A stretch of DNA of 64,000 bases from Candidatus Atabeyarchaeum deiterrae. Lineage in GTDB: Archaea > Asgardarchaeota > Atabeyarchaeia > Atabeyarchaeales > Atabeyarchaeaceae. The notes under the pieces were generated by a model, which saw nothing but the letters and a program-made list of their open reading frames with translations, searched no databases and had not been told where the DNA came from. The stretch lies in the NCBI GenBank assembly GCA_037310415.1, contig CP147780.1:2368001-2432000 (forward strand). The letters are read 5' to 3'. The position numbers were made by a program, and so were the translations under genes. Of this stretch, positions 47,783-56,502 are shown piece after piece; the first letter of the stretch is position 1, and the number at the start of each line of letters is the position of its first letter.

Positions 47783-49675
47783 TCAAAACTCGAGGTCATC
47801 AAACCTGATGATCTCATTCGTCGAACCAACCACAACGAATGTGCAGTTGATGTGGTTACCTATCGAGCATATCACTAGTTCCGTCCAGTCAATCGTTGGC
47901 ATGTTTGCCTGTACTCCATGGAGAATGCTCCAAGTCGAGTTGTATGTGGCATTGATGTAGTAGTTTGTGTTTCCTGCAACTTCGTACGACCATTTTCCTG
48001 TTATGGTTCCTCCATGAATCGAGACTCCCAAGTTTTGTTTTGACGACACCAGTGAGATGAAACTTGCGGTGGCTGCTTCAACCCCCATTTGACCAGACAT
48101 TCCTGTGACATCTTGAACCACAACATCTGATTGGTCCAAAGCGTTTACGATTCCGATATATTTCAGTTGCCAAGTGTCTCCCGTTACATAGTATACTGGC
48201 GAGAGCCACGACAGGTAGCTACTCATGTTGTAGAGAATGGGCATCTCAACTACGAACTCTCCCGCTGAAGGCTTGTAGAGTTGACTTTGTATGACATCCT
48301 TTGCCCTTGAGCCGGATAGCATGTTCGACTGTGAGACATCATAGTATCTTATTCCAGTATGGTCTGATATGAAGATCCCAGTAAGGGTTTGTTCAGTTGC
48401 ATATGGGTGCATTGATGTGAATGAGATCATTTCGTCACCATAACGGAGGAATCTAGTGTCTTCGTCCATGGCAACTCTATCGTTGCTCACTGAAATGCCT
48501 ATGAATCCTCCTGCAAATATGTCGAATGATGACCCTCTTCTTGAGGATCCCCAGTTGGTGATCTGGTTTTCAAGCCAACCTTCATCGTAAGGCTGAGGGA
48601 TCCATTTTGGCATACTTGTTAGGTTGTAACTCTCCAAGTAGGCTCCATTCACGGCATCCCAAACGTCAACGCCGAATGCTTGCATCTGCAGTGAGGGGTC
48701 AATCGAATACTTGGGTATGCAGTATACGAGCTTGCTGTCTGGTGTTTTTGTCAATATTGCACGATCGTACTTGTAGTTAGGATCCCGATAGTACGCCTGC
48801 AGCAGTATGTCTTTTCTATTGTTCAGTCCTGTTCCGCTGGCAAGCGCTAGTTCCTGATGCACAAGAAGTGGAGCCTCGTTGGGATCTGTGGCTGATAGGA
48901 CGATGTAGCCGTAAACATGTTGGTCGTATCCTGCTCCAAGCCAGTATTGCTGAACAACAGTCATCGTCCAAACGAGTTTGTCGTCCCATATTGCTATGTG
49001 AATGTTCTCGACCTGAACATTGCTGCCAAACGAAGCCATGTGCTGCTTTGCCTTGGCGTACGCAACATCAGTAGTAACGAGACGGACATCGGATGAGTTG
49101 AAAACGAAGAACGAAGGATATCCAGTGCGTTTCTCTACCATGCTGTCGAAGTAGTTGGCGTTTGCCAGAACGGCGGTCGTCCCTTGCATTACTGCGAAGG
49201 TCAGTGGAATACCAACGAGGAAGACGATGAGAAGAATTGATACGGCTTTGTGCCGTAACACCCCTGGTTTCTCATCTTCGCCTTCCCTTTTTCTGAGCGT
49301 TATTCTTCTTCTGTACCCCTCGCGAACCGTTTGGAACTCGAATCTGCTTGTGTATCTTGCAAGCAGTATGTTGAAAATCTTGATCCACACTATGGCAATA
49401 GCTATTTGCCAAGCAAGCCACTCGGATCCAACTAAGGAGAATACGATCAGCAATTCGACTACCAAGAACAATGACTTGCCAAATGAAAGTAGCTTGCCAG
49501 TAACGCTAAGGCTCTCAGGAATCACCAAAATGATAATCGAGATAATTGCTACTATGTCGAAAAATGCACCTGCACCAGTCACTGCTTTGGCGATGAGGTA
49601 GACAACAAGGAGTATCACCATGTTTATCATGAGTCCAACAAAATAGCGGTAGTAGATTGAGGTAGCTCTTGACAA
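47783..49675 (-). CDS. Hypothetical membrane protein (4-5 N-terminal TM helices + large extracellular domain)
   Basis: 630-aa ORF; hydrophobic N-terminus and a beta-rich C-terminal region with several N-x-S/T sequons. Confidence 0.8.
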   Translation of the reverse strand: MSRATSIYYRYFVGLMINMVILLVVYLIAKAVTGAGAFFDIVAIISIIILVIPESLSVTGKLLSFGKSLFLVVELLIVFSLVGSEWLAWQIAIAIVWIKIFNILLARYTSRFEFQTVREGYRRRITLRKREGEDEKPGVLRHKAVSILLIVFLVGIPLTFAVMQGTTAVLANANYFDSMVEKRTGYPSFFVFNSSDVRLVTTDVAYAKAKQHMASFGSNVQVENIHIAIWDDKLVWTMTVVQQYWLGAGYDQHVYGYIVLSATDPNEAPLLVHQELALASGTGLNNRKDILLQAYYRDPNYKYDRAILTKTPDSKLVYCIPKYSIDPSLQMQAFGVDVWDAVNGAYLESYNLTSMPKWIPQPYDEGWLENQITNWGSSRRGSSFDIFAGGFIGISVSNDRVAMDEDTRFLRYGDEMISFTSMHPYATEQTLTGIFISDHTGIRYYDVSQSNMLSGSRAKDVIQSQLYKPSAGEFVVEMPILYNMSSYLSWLSPVYYVTGDTWQLKYIGIVNALDQSDVVVQDVTGMSGQMGVEAATASFISLVSSKQNLGVSIHGGTITGKWSYEVAGNTNYYINATYNSTWSILHGVQANMPTIDWTELVICSIGNHINCTFVVVGSTNEIIRFDDLEF

Positions 49676-50004
49676 ATCACATCACACCTAGAACCTTCCA
49701 ATCTTGCATTTTTACTCTAACCTCTTGCTTCTTGCAGATATAAAGATTACTGCAAATGCAAACGCTTTTGTCAGAGGTAATGACTGACCATGGACATTGT
49801 GAATCCTTGTTCATGCGTCAAGAAAAAGCTAATAAAGCGGATGTTTCTTAACGATTCTTCTTATCAGAAGAGAAGGTTAAATAACACTATAGACAAAAAG
49901 AAGCACCATTGGGACAGTGGAACCTGACTGAAACCCACTCTCCATATGGTTTGAGGTAGCTGTAGATTGGACTCTCAGAAATCCAGAGAGGTGAAACATG
50001 CTCA

Positions 50005-50502
50005 ATGAGCCCAGTTCCCCCTCGATTCAAAGTTAACCGGCAGGTTGAAAGAGGAATCCACGCACTCACATCAGTCTTTGTTGGGCTCGAACAATCGAGT
50101 GCATTTATGAAAATCTTTAAGACAGAGCAGAATGTGAGGAAATTTCTTGAAGGCATGAATCTGAGGATTGAAGAGGGAGACGGATACATGTACGTTGACC
50201 CCTCAATTGGACACATAATCGTGAGCAAGAAATATCTCCAAGAAGGAGAAATAGAGATGCTTTACCTAGACATTATACACGAGTCAGTTCACGTGAAACA
50301 ATGGAGTGAGGGAAATAACTTGTACGACACGCAGTACAGCTATGTCGAGAGGCCAACTGAACTTGAGGCTTATGCAGTAGTCGTTGACGAGGCCCGGCAA
50401 ATGGGAATGACTGAAGAGCAGATTGTTGATTATCTAGAGGTTCCCTGGATTTCCAAGAAGGACTTGAGGTTGCTCGCAAAGAAACTAGGGATTGAGAAGT
50501 GA
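50005..50502 (+). CDS. Putative zincin-like metallopeptidase (HExxH)
   Basis: IIHESVHVKQ plus a downstream ERPTELEAY; SD GAGGTGA. Confidence 0.7.
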   Translation: MSPVPPRFKVNRQVERGIHALTSVFVGLEQSSAFMKIFKTEQNVRKFLEGMNLRIEEGDGYMYVDPSIGHIIVSKKYLQEGEIEMLYLDIIHESVHVKQWSEGNNLYDTQYSYVERPTELEAYAVVVDEARQMGMTEEQIVDYLEVPWISKKDLRLLAKKLGIEK

Positions 50503-51017
50503 CCTTGGCCGTCATCTTTGGAGGCATGCCATCAGAAGAGTTCCATCTGCGAGATTACCACAACAATGAAGCGGGACTGAGATGACTTCTCTAGTGACTC
50601 GTTGGGTCTGCAATCACCTCCTCAATAAGAAAAATAGGTCAATTGCTTCTTTGCAGTTCATCTGAACTGTGCTCCAGTCAATTATTGCTGCCAGTTGGGG
50701 ATTGGCCAAAATCCCTTTGATCCCAAGACTTACTATTGTAATCCTCGGTCGAAAAACCAACTGGCACGAACAAATATGCATGGCGGTGCTGCACCCACGT
50801 CAGATGATTACCGCAGAGCGAAGAGAAGTAATGCAAGCAGGAAAGCGGAATACTACGTCAGGCAATAGGGAGTGACAATCATTTCCGCACTTGGTCGCGG
50901 TGACGGTGTCGCGCGTACAGATTTACACGAGATCACAATGCATCAACTGCTCCTTATTTATTCTACTGGCAGTTTGCAAAACTCAAAATCTATAAGAATA
51001 GCCCCACCACCTTCATA

Positions 51018-51034
51018 ATCGAAATATATAAAAG
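51018..51034 (+). promoter_or_regulatory. Putative BRE/TATA promoter for the four-gene membrane protein operon
   Basis: CGAAATATATAAAAG about 90 nt upstream of the first ATG. Confidence 0.5.
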
Positions 51035-51119
51035 GGATCAAGTAAGCATATAGGGAATGAGTCCTACCTAATAGGGGGATTCGAAAAGAAAACATGAATA
51101 ACTAGAGAGTGAACAGCGA

Positions 51120-51431
51120 ATGTCCAAGAAAGTTTCGTTCCCAGTAATGTCGCTAACACTTACCGGAGTTCTATTCATACTTGGTCTTCTTGTGCTTGCA
51201 ATGAAAACGTTCTTGTTCGTAAATCTAGGATTGCCTGCCTCTACTAGCGCGCTCATCAATGGTCTATTCGGTTTCCTTGGTGCGTTCTTCATGCTCTGGG
51301 CTCTGACAAGCATATGCCTACACCCAGACATCGACGACAGCAACGTTAAAGCAATATTCGTAACCTTCACAGTGTTCATCATAATCTTGATCTTCACATC
51401 CGTGGGCTTCTTGACTTTAGCACTATACTAA
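51120..51431 (+). CDS. Small 3-TM membrane protein, tandem paralogue 1
   Basis: MSKKVSFPVMS...FLGAFFMLWAL...HPDID; SD-like GAGAGTGA. Confidence 0.85.
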   Translation: MSKKVSFPVMSLTLTGVLFILGLLVLAMKTFLFVNLGLPASTSALINGLFGFLGAFFMLWALTSICLHPDIDDSNVKAIFVTFTVFIIILIFTSVGFLTLALY

Positions 51432-51449
51432 AAGGAGTGATCTAGAAAA

Positions 51450-51755
51450 ATGTCTCAAAAATTAGGATTTCCATACCTTGGCCTCGGAATCTCAGCTATA
51501 ATCTTCCTTATCTTTGGCATACTATTTGCTACGTTGGTCCCAATCATCTATACTCTCCTTGGTGCATCGAGTGTCGTTCTCGCCGCGTGGAGATTCATAG
51601 GCATATTCCTGACCGGATGGGCTTTGTTAAACTTCATGGTCTGCAAGGATCTACTACCAATGCAGAGACTAATCGCAGCGTTCTTTGCCTTCTTGGCACT
51701 AGTAACACTATTCATCACGCCGCCACTGGTATACCTTTCGTTCACAGTAACCTAA
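51450..51755 (+). CDS. Small 3-TM membrane protein, tandem paralogue 2 (most divergent)
   Basis: MSQKLGFP...FIGIFLTGWAL...QRLIAAFF; SD GGAGTGA. Confidence 0.85.
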   Translation: MSQKLGFPYLGLGISAIIFLIFGILFATLVPIIYTLLGASSVVLAAWRFIGIFLTGWALLNFMVCKDLLPMQRLIAAFFAFLALVTLFITPPLVYLSFTVT

Positions 51756-51847
51756 CTTCCTTAGCCATAAGGAAGTGAGGGATCCTCCAAGGAGGATGGA
51801 TAAGTAAAAAGAATAAGCAGATTCGACTAAAAAGAGAGTGATAATGA

Positions 51848-52153
51848 ATGTCCAAGAAAGTTGCGTTCCCAGTAATGTCAGCTAGTCTAACTGGAATACT
51901 CTACATACTTGCATTGCTACTCGGAACATTAGCAATCCTCGTAGATGGACTTGCATTGCCAGCAGCAACCAGCGCTTTGGTCATCGGACTATTGCTCTTC
52001 CTAGGAGCATTCTTTGGAGGCTGGGCTCTAATCAGCTTTGCACTCCACCCGGGACTCGACAACAACCAGAGATTCGTCGCAGCGCTATTCACAGCACTAC
52101 TATTGCTTGTCTTCTTCAACCACGGCGGAAACACATTCAGCATTTCGTTCTAA
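51848..52153 (+). CDS. Small 3-TM membrane protein, tandem paralogue 3
   Basis: MSKKVAFPVMS...FLGAFFGGWAL...HPGLDNNQR; SD-like GAGAGTGA. Confidence 0.85.
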   Translation: MSKKVAFPVMSASLTGILYILALLLGTLAILVDGLALPAATSALVIGLLLFLGAFFGGWALISFALHPGLDNNQRFVAALFTALLLLVFFNHGGNTFSISF

Positions 52154-52176
52154 TAGATGGAGGTTGAAACGTAGCT

Positions 52177-52470
52177 ATGTCTAAGAAAGTTGGTTTCCCA
52201 GTAATGTCAACAATGATCACGGGTTTGCTCTTTATCCTAGGATTGCTACTGACTACACTCGGAATAGTCCTAGCCGCATTGGGATTGTCTACGCTCATCC
52301 TTGGTGTTCTTTGGTTCATCGGTCTGCTGCTCTTCGGTTGGGCACTCCTAAGCTTCGGCCTCAACCCTGAGCTTGAAGACTACCAGAGAAACATAGCGTT
52401 CTTCTTTGCAGTGCTATTAGTGACATTACTCTTCGGAGTCGGCATTAGCATCTCGTTCGGTTGGATGTAA
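52177..52470 (+). CDS. Small 3-TM membrane protein, tandem paralogue 4
   Basis: MSKKVGFPVMS...FIGLLLFGWAL...NPELEDYQR; SD GGAGGTTGA. Confidence 0.85.
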   Translation: MSKKVGFPVMSTMITGLLFILGLLLTTLGIVLAALGLSTLILGVLWFIGLLLFGWALLSFGLNPELEDYQRNIAFFFAVLLVTLLFGVGISISFGWM

Positions 52471-52517
52471 GCGTCTAACCATTTACTGGGGATATAGTAT
52501 AGGCCATACCTCAGAAC

Positions 52518-52533
52518 TCTCCCCCTTTTTTTT
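52518..52533 (+). terminator. Archaeal-type oligo-T terminator of the four-gene operon
   Basis: CTCCCCCTTTTTTTT about 50 nt after the last stop codon. Confidence 0.55.
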
Positions 52534-52652
52534 GGATACTCTTATGTCGGAGAGTCGAAACAATGTACCTGAGAAATATGAGTGGCCTCTGCCAATCTGT
52601 AATACAAAGAAAAGACTTACAGTCTGCGTTTGGGTCCCTGTTTGTCTCCTGT

Positions 52653-53912
52653 TCATCGTATGTATGGTGAGCCTTTTTCAATTGTGTTGTTCAACATCGC
52701 GCTGATCTGTTTGGGCACCGTCTTGTTGTTAATGAGTAAGCTTCGCGTCTTTCTGATCAGCTTCGGGGTGTCTATTTCCATGGGGCAGACTTCTTTGCAT
52801 CTTCCACATTGGGTACAGCTAAAGGCTTGCGTTGCCACCGAGTCGAGGCCCAAGGTAAAGAGCGTCCAAGGAACCCCTAATCCACCCATATAGGTGAATT
52901 CTCCATAATCATGGGCGACCAAGTTCCATACCGGGCAATCGTACAGACACGTACCACACCTTAGGCATGTGAAGGCTTCCTTGAAGTCAGCATCTTGAGC
53001 CATTTTTCTCCTTCCGTTGTCAAGCAGGATTACGTCTATCTCGGCTGGTCCAGCTGCAGGTTTCACTGAGAGCCTTTCTATATCCGAGCTGCTAGATATT
53101 CCCATTATCTGAGTTATGTACTGAGTAGTTGCATGACCCGTTGTGTAGAGTGGCATAACCTGACAGTAGAGATTAGCCGTGTCACGATCTGGCATGACCT
53201 TGTCTATGCCTGCTATAATGATGTGTTTCTCAGGCAACGATGTGACTAACCGATCATTGCCCTCGTTCGTTACCAAGTAGACGGTTCCAGTATCAGCTGT
53301 GATTGCATTCGCGCCTGAGACAGCAACTTTGGACTTGATAGATTTCTCCCGGATGAAATCTCTTACGAAGGCAACTAAGACGTTGGGATCTGGCGGCAGT
53401 TTTCTTCCTGCAAGCTTGCTGAAGTACTCCGCGAACACTTCTTTCGGAACTGAGATAGAGACTCCAGTCGGATGAGCCGCCTTTCTGTGTGCAACTTGCA
53501 GCAGCACTGCGCCCACATCGGTTTCCCAAATCTCTATTCCGTGTTCTTCGAGGAACTCGTTCAAACCTATTTCTTCGGTTGTTAGACTCTTAACTTTTGT
53601 TACAAGTTTCTCATTGCCGATAAGCTCGAGTGTCTTGCTGCAGGCTTCATGTGCGTCCTTTGCTTGGTAGACTTTCATTCCATTTTCTTGCATGATCTCG
53701 ACGGCTTTCTTGATATTCTCTTCGAGATGGTCGAGCGCTTCTCTTCTTCGGTTCTTCAGCTCCTTTGCCAAGTCTTGGATGTTTGTCACACGTTTAAGCC
53801 ATGTTTCTTTCCTAACTCTGTAGTTGGTTATCGCTTTCTCGACAGCGGTCCGAAGGAACGGGTCGTTCGCATCCTTAAGCAACTTCTGATAATATGAATC
53901 GAAATCAGCCAT
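52653..53912 (-). CDS. LutB/YkgF-like Fe-S protein (LUD domain + 4Fe-4S ferredoxin)
   Basis: KVKSLTTEEIGLN, ETDVG, SGANAITADTG...NEGN, LLDNGR, CLRCGTCLYDCP and CTQCGRCKEVCP motifs. Confidence 0.88.
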   Translation of the reverse strand: MADFDSYYQKLLKDANDPFLRTAVEKAITNYRVRKETWLKRVTNIQDLAKELKNRRREALDHLEENIKKAVEIMQENGMKVYQAKDAHEACSKTLELIGNEKLVTKVKSLTTEEIGLNEFLEEHGIEIWETDVGAVLLQVAHRKAAHPTGVSISVPKEVFAEYFSKLAGRKLPPDPNVLVAFVRDFIREKSIKSKVAVSGANAITADTGTVYLVTNEGNDRLVTSLPEKHIIIAGIDKVMPDRDTANLYCQVMPLYTTGHATTQYITQIMGISSSSDIERLSVKPAAGPAEIDVILLDNGRRKMAQDADFKEAFTCLRCGTCLYDCPVWNLVAHDYGEFTYMGGLGVPWTLFTLGLDSVATQAFSCTQCGRCKEVCPMEIDTPKLIRKTRSLLINNKTVPKQISAMLNNTIEKGSPYIR

Positions 53913-53953
53913 TGACCTTTCTTCCTCCTTATGCAGTCAAGTCCCTCGCTTCC

Positions 53954-54703
53954 TTACCACTCTTCTTCTCCTGTCAGTCTCCTGTAGATATAGGTACTAA
54001 GATCAAGAACCTGAATCTCCTTGCCAGTCTCTGCCTCTCTTCGAGATGCGCCCACTGTTAAGTTGAACACACATGATGGGCAGGCAGTTATGAGTTTGCT
54101 CACGCCTAGGGGTTCAATATCCTTCCGAATCCTGTTTTCAGCCATCTTCACAGAGAATTCTGGTTCGATCGCAAACATCGCGCCACCAGCTCCACAACAC
54201 CTTGATTCGACTCTAGTTGCCTGGGGCTCGACTAGTTCTGCCACTCTTGCTATTACTTTCCTGGGTGCTTCATATTCTCCAGCGAGTCTCCCCAATTCAC
54301 ATGGGTCATGATACGATACTTTCTCCTTCGTCGTGTCCTTGAAGTCCAGCTTCTCTATGTTCTCTGCCAAGATCTGGGACATGTGCTGCACTTTCGGTAT
54401 TCTTAGCCCGAGTTCAGGGTATTCTAGTGCAAGGACTCTATAACAACCAGCACATTCGGTTGCGATGAGATCAACCTTAGCCGAATTGAAGGCCTGAGTA
54501 TTCTTCCTAGCGATTTTCAGTGCATTCTCTTTGTCACCCGTCAGTAGTAGCGGGTCGCCGCAGCACCATTCGTTCTCAAGCCTCTTCACACTTAGACCTA
54601 TTCTTTTCAGTAGTTCTACGTGTTTGCCAATATCTTCGGAGAAACGGGCTCTAGCGGTGCAACCAGCGAAGTATAAGACAGTCTTAGGCATTTGCGAAGG
54701 CAC
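53954..54703 (-). CDS. CCG-domain Fe-S protein (LutA/GlcF/HdrB-like)
   Basis: YFAGC, WCCG, CAGC, YHDPCELGR, RCCGAGG and TACPSC motifs. Confidence 0.88.
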   Translation of the reverse strand: MPSQMPKTVLYFAGCTARARFSEDIGKHVELLKRIGLSVKRLENEWCCGDPLLLTGDKENALKIARKNTQAFNSAKVDLIATECAGCYRVLALEYPELGLRIPKVQHMSQILAENIEKLDFKDTTKEKVSYHDPCELGRLAGEYEAPRKVIARVAELVEPQATRVESRCCGAGGAMFAIEPEFSVKMAENRIRKDIEPLGVSKLITACPSCVFNLTVGASRREAETGKEIQVLDLSTYIYRRLTGEEEW

Positions 54704-54992
54704 CTTCCATCAACATGATGAATCAGAGTTTGCTCCTATCAGATGAGCGGTCTTTATGGGGTTTATTCTTCCCACTTTAATACTTAACTGAGCCTATCTC
54801 TCGTCTGCAATATGAATCGTTAGGTGTTTGGGCTATCTGTTACAGCGACCCAATTTCCTAAGTAAATCTTGCACTAGGACTTGCCGAGGCGCGTCGGACA
54901 CTGAGGGCCATTCTCCCTTCTCTGACGCCACGTCGGTTTACTGACGCACCTGTCGAAAAATCGGAGGTTGGGAGATTTGGTCAACTCTGGCT

Positions 54993-55046
54993 AAGTTTTC
55001 GGAACGAAAACTCATGTTGTTTTTCGTTTTCATTCCTTCCAAACCT
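54993..55046 (-). promoter_or_regulatory. Putative SECIS element (3' UTR of the UxxC peroxiredoxin-like gene)
   Basis: mRNA sense: helix I AGGUUU/AAACUU, internal loop GGAA/GA, 11-bp helix II GGAAUGAAAAC/GUUUUCGUUCC and A-rich loop GAAAAACAACAUGA. Begins at the first nt after the UAG stop. Confidence 0.65.
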
Positions 55047-55505
55047 CTATTCTTTTATTGTTCTGAGTACATCGAATATTTCCTCGTTCTTGGGAATATC
55101 TCTCATTGAATCTCCGTAATGCGCGTAACGGATGATTCCTTTCTTGTCTACTACCAGCAGAGCTGGCATCCTCCCGAACTTGTGGAGAATAACCTCTTGA
55201 TGCAGCATGTTTGCAACCTTCTTGCTTTCATCATAGTATATTGGGTACCTTCCTTTCGCGTACTTCTCCTCTAGCTTCTTGGCATTCTCTAGTTTGTCAG
55301 CGGTAATAGGGTATAGCAGCGCTTCAAGCTGCTCAAATCCACTGAACCCGCTTGCGAGACCGGCGATGTGTCCTCTGCAGTATGGTCAGTTTATGCCTCT
55401 TAGTAGGACAATGACAACGTTTTTCTTTCCCTCGAAGTCCCTAATGTTGACTGTTTCTCCTCTTGAGTTCGGGAGGCTAAACTCTGGGATCTTTGTTCTT
55501 ACCAT
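55047..55505 (-). CDS. Peroxiredoxin-like (AhpC/TSA/redoxin, thioredoxin fold) selenoprotein, Sec at codon 40 (TGA at 55388-55386)
   Basis: Manual translation: MVRTKIPEFSLPNSRGETVNIRDFEGKKNVVIVLLRGIN-U-PYCRGHIAGL...YPITADK...YPIYYD...MPALLVVDKKGIIRYAHYGDSMRDIPKNEEIFDVLRTIKE*. The frame is continuous on both sides of TGA. Confidence 0.85.
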
Positions 55506-55653
55506 CTGGAACTTGTCGTTCGTTTTGCAGGTGCCTCCTCTTGTTGCTAAGTGGTTAACATAGTATCCTCTTCAACTTATATTCGTAGCCATCGTAACGC
55601 CAGCGCACATTCTCAGAGGCACCCTTTAATCAAGGGCTGGCGCGATTCGAGTT

Positions 55654-56343
55654 CTAGATAGGATTACTCTTTGAGATTATGGACTCAACCTCGTACCAAT
55701 CCCTGGCTATAGGAACCCTGACTTTCGAAGTGATTTCCCTTGCAACTTGAGGAGACAATGCGATGCCAATGACCATAGGAATGAAATCGGCCATTACCTT
55801 AAGATCGCTCGGCTCATCATCGATTCCTACTGCAAGTTCGTGAACCTTGCCAAGTTCCTCAAGGGCGCCTCGTTTGTATTTCGCCGTAGACATCATCCTG
55901 TCAGGCTTCATGCAGAGCAGCACTTCGCGGTCATTTGGCATTGGAAAACCAAATTTCGACAAAGACGCGAGGGTCTCACTCCTCAAGGAATCTCTCTTTG
56001 AGTGATGCCTTCCTGTCAAATATGTGATGCCAATATTCATAGAACGCAGCCTGGAAAGGACCGCAACAGATCCCTTGACAGGGGTGTCGAGATCCATGTA
56101 TTTGCCAGACAAGAATACGTCGTAGAACTTACTTCGTTGAACCCTTGAAAGGTCACTGACTTCAGAGACCCTCGGAGCAGCATCCGTACTGCAATTCAAG
56201 GCTTCGGCGATGGATCGGTTGAATCTGACTCGACTGTCAATTACGGTGTTGTCCAAGTCGCTAACAAGAAACCATCTTTCGGAGGCCTTTGTGGATACTT
56301 TGCTTTCGCCTTGGTGCATAAACAAGTAACCAGCCTCCTGCAA
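55654..56343 (-). CDS. HAD-like phosphatase
   Basis: VSDLDNTVID, YLTGR, KP and GIDDEPSD motifs. Confidence 0.8.
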   Translation of the reverse strand: MQEAGYLFMHQGESKVSTKASERWFLVSDLDNTVIDSRVRFNRSIAEALNCSTDAAPRVSEVSDLSRVQRSKFYDVFLSGKYMDLDTPVKGSVAVLSRLRSMNIGITYLTGRHHSKRDSLRSETLASLSKFGFPMPNDREVLLCMKPDRMMSTAKYKRGALEELGKVHELAVGIDDEPSDLKVMADFIPMVIGIALSPQVAREITSKVRVPIARDWYEVESIISKSNPI

Positions 56344-56502
56344 TGGGAATGGTTAGAAGTCGAGATAAGCATTTATTAGTTCTCAATCCTCGACCATCGA
56401 TGGAATAAGATAAAAGATGGGAACTCTATATAATCAAATATCTATCGGAGTCATTCTTACTGGCTATTTGAATGCAGGCATAGGTAGGAGAAGTTCGACC
56501 AA

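Noticed and set aside
50503-51017. Possible gene or ncRNA in the 500-nt gap before the four-paralogue operon
   Set aside because: Only short motif-less ORFs and no convincing stable structure found by eye.
55047-55505. Reading the Prx-like gene as a nonsense pseudogene
   Set aside because: The only lesion is a TGA exactly at the catalytic Cys position, the rest of the frame is intact, and a SECIS-like hairpin follows. Recoding is more parsimonious, though not proven.
55279-55563. 94-aa plus-strand ORF in the track
   Set aside because: It is the antisense shadow of the minus-strand selenoprotein frame and has no recognisable motifs.
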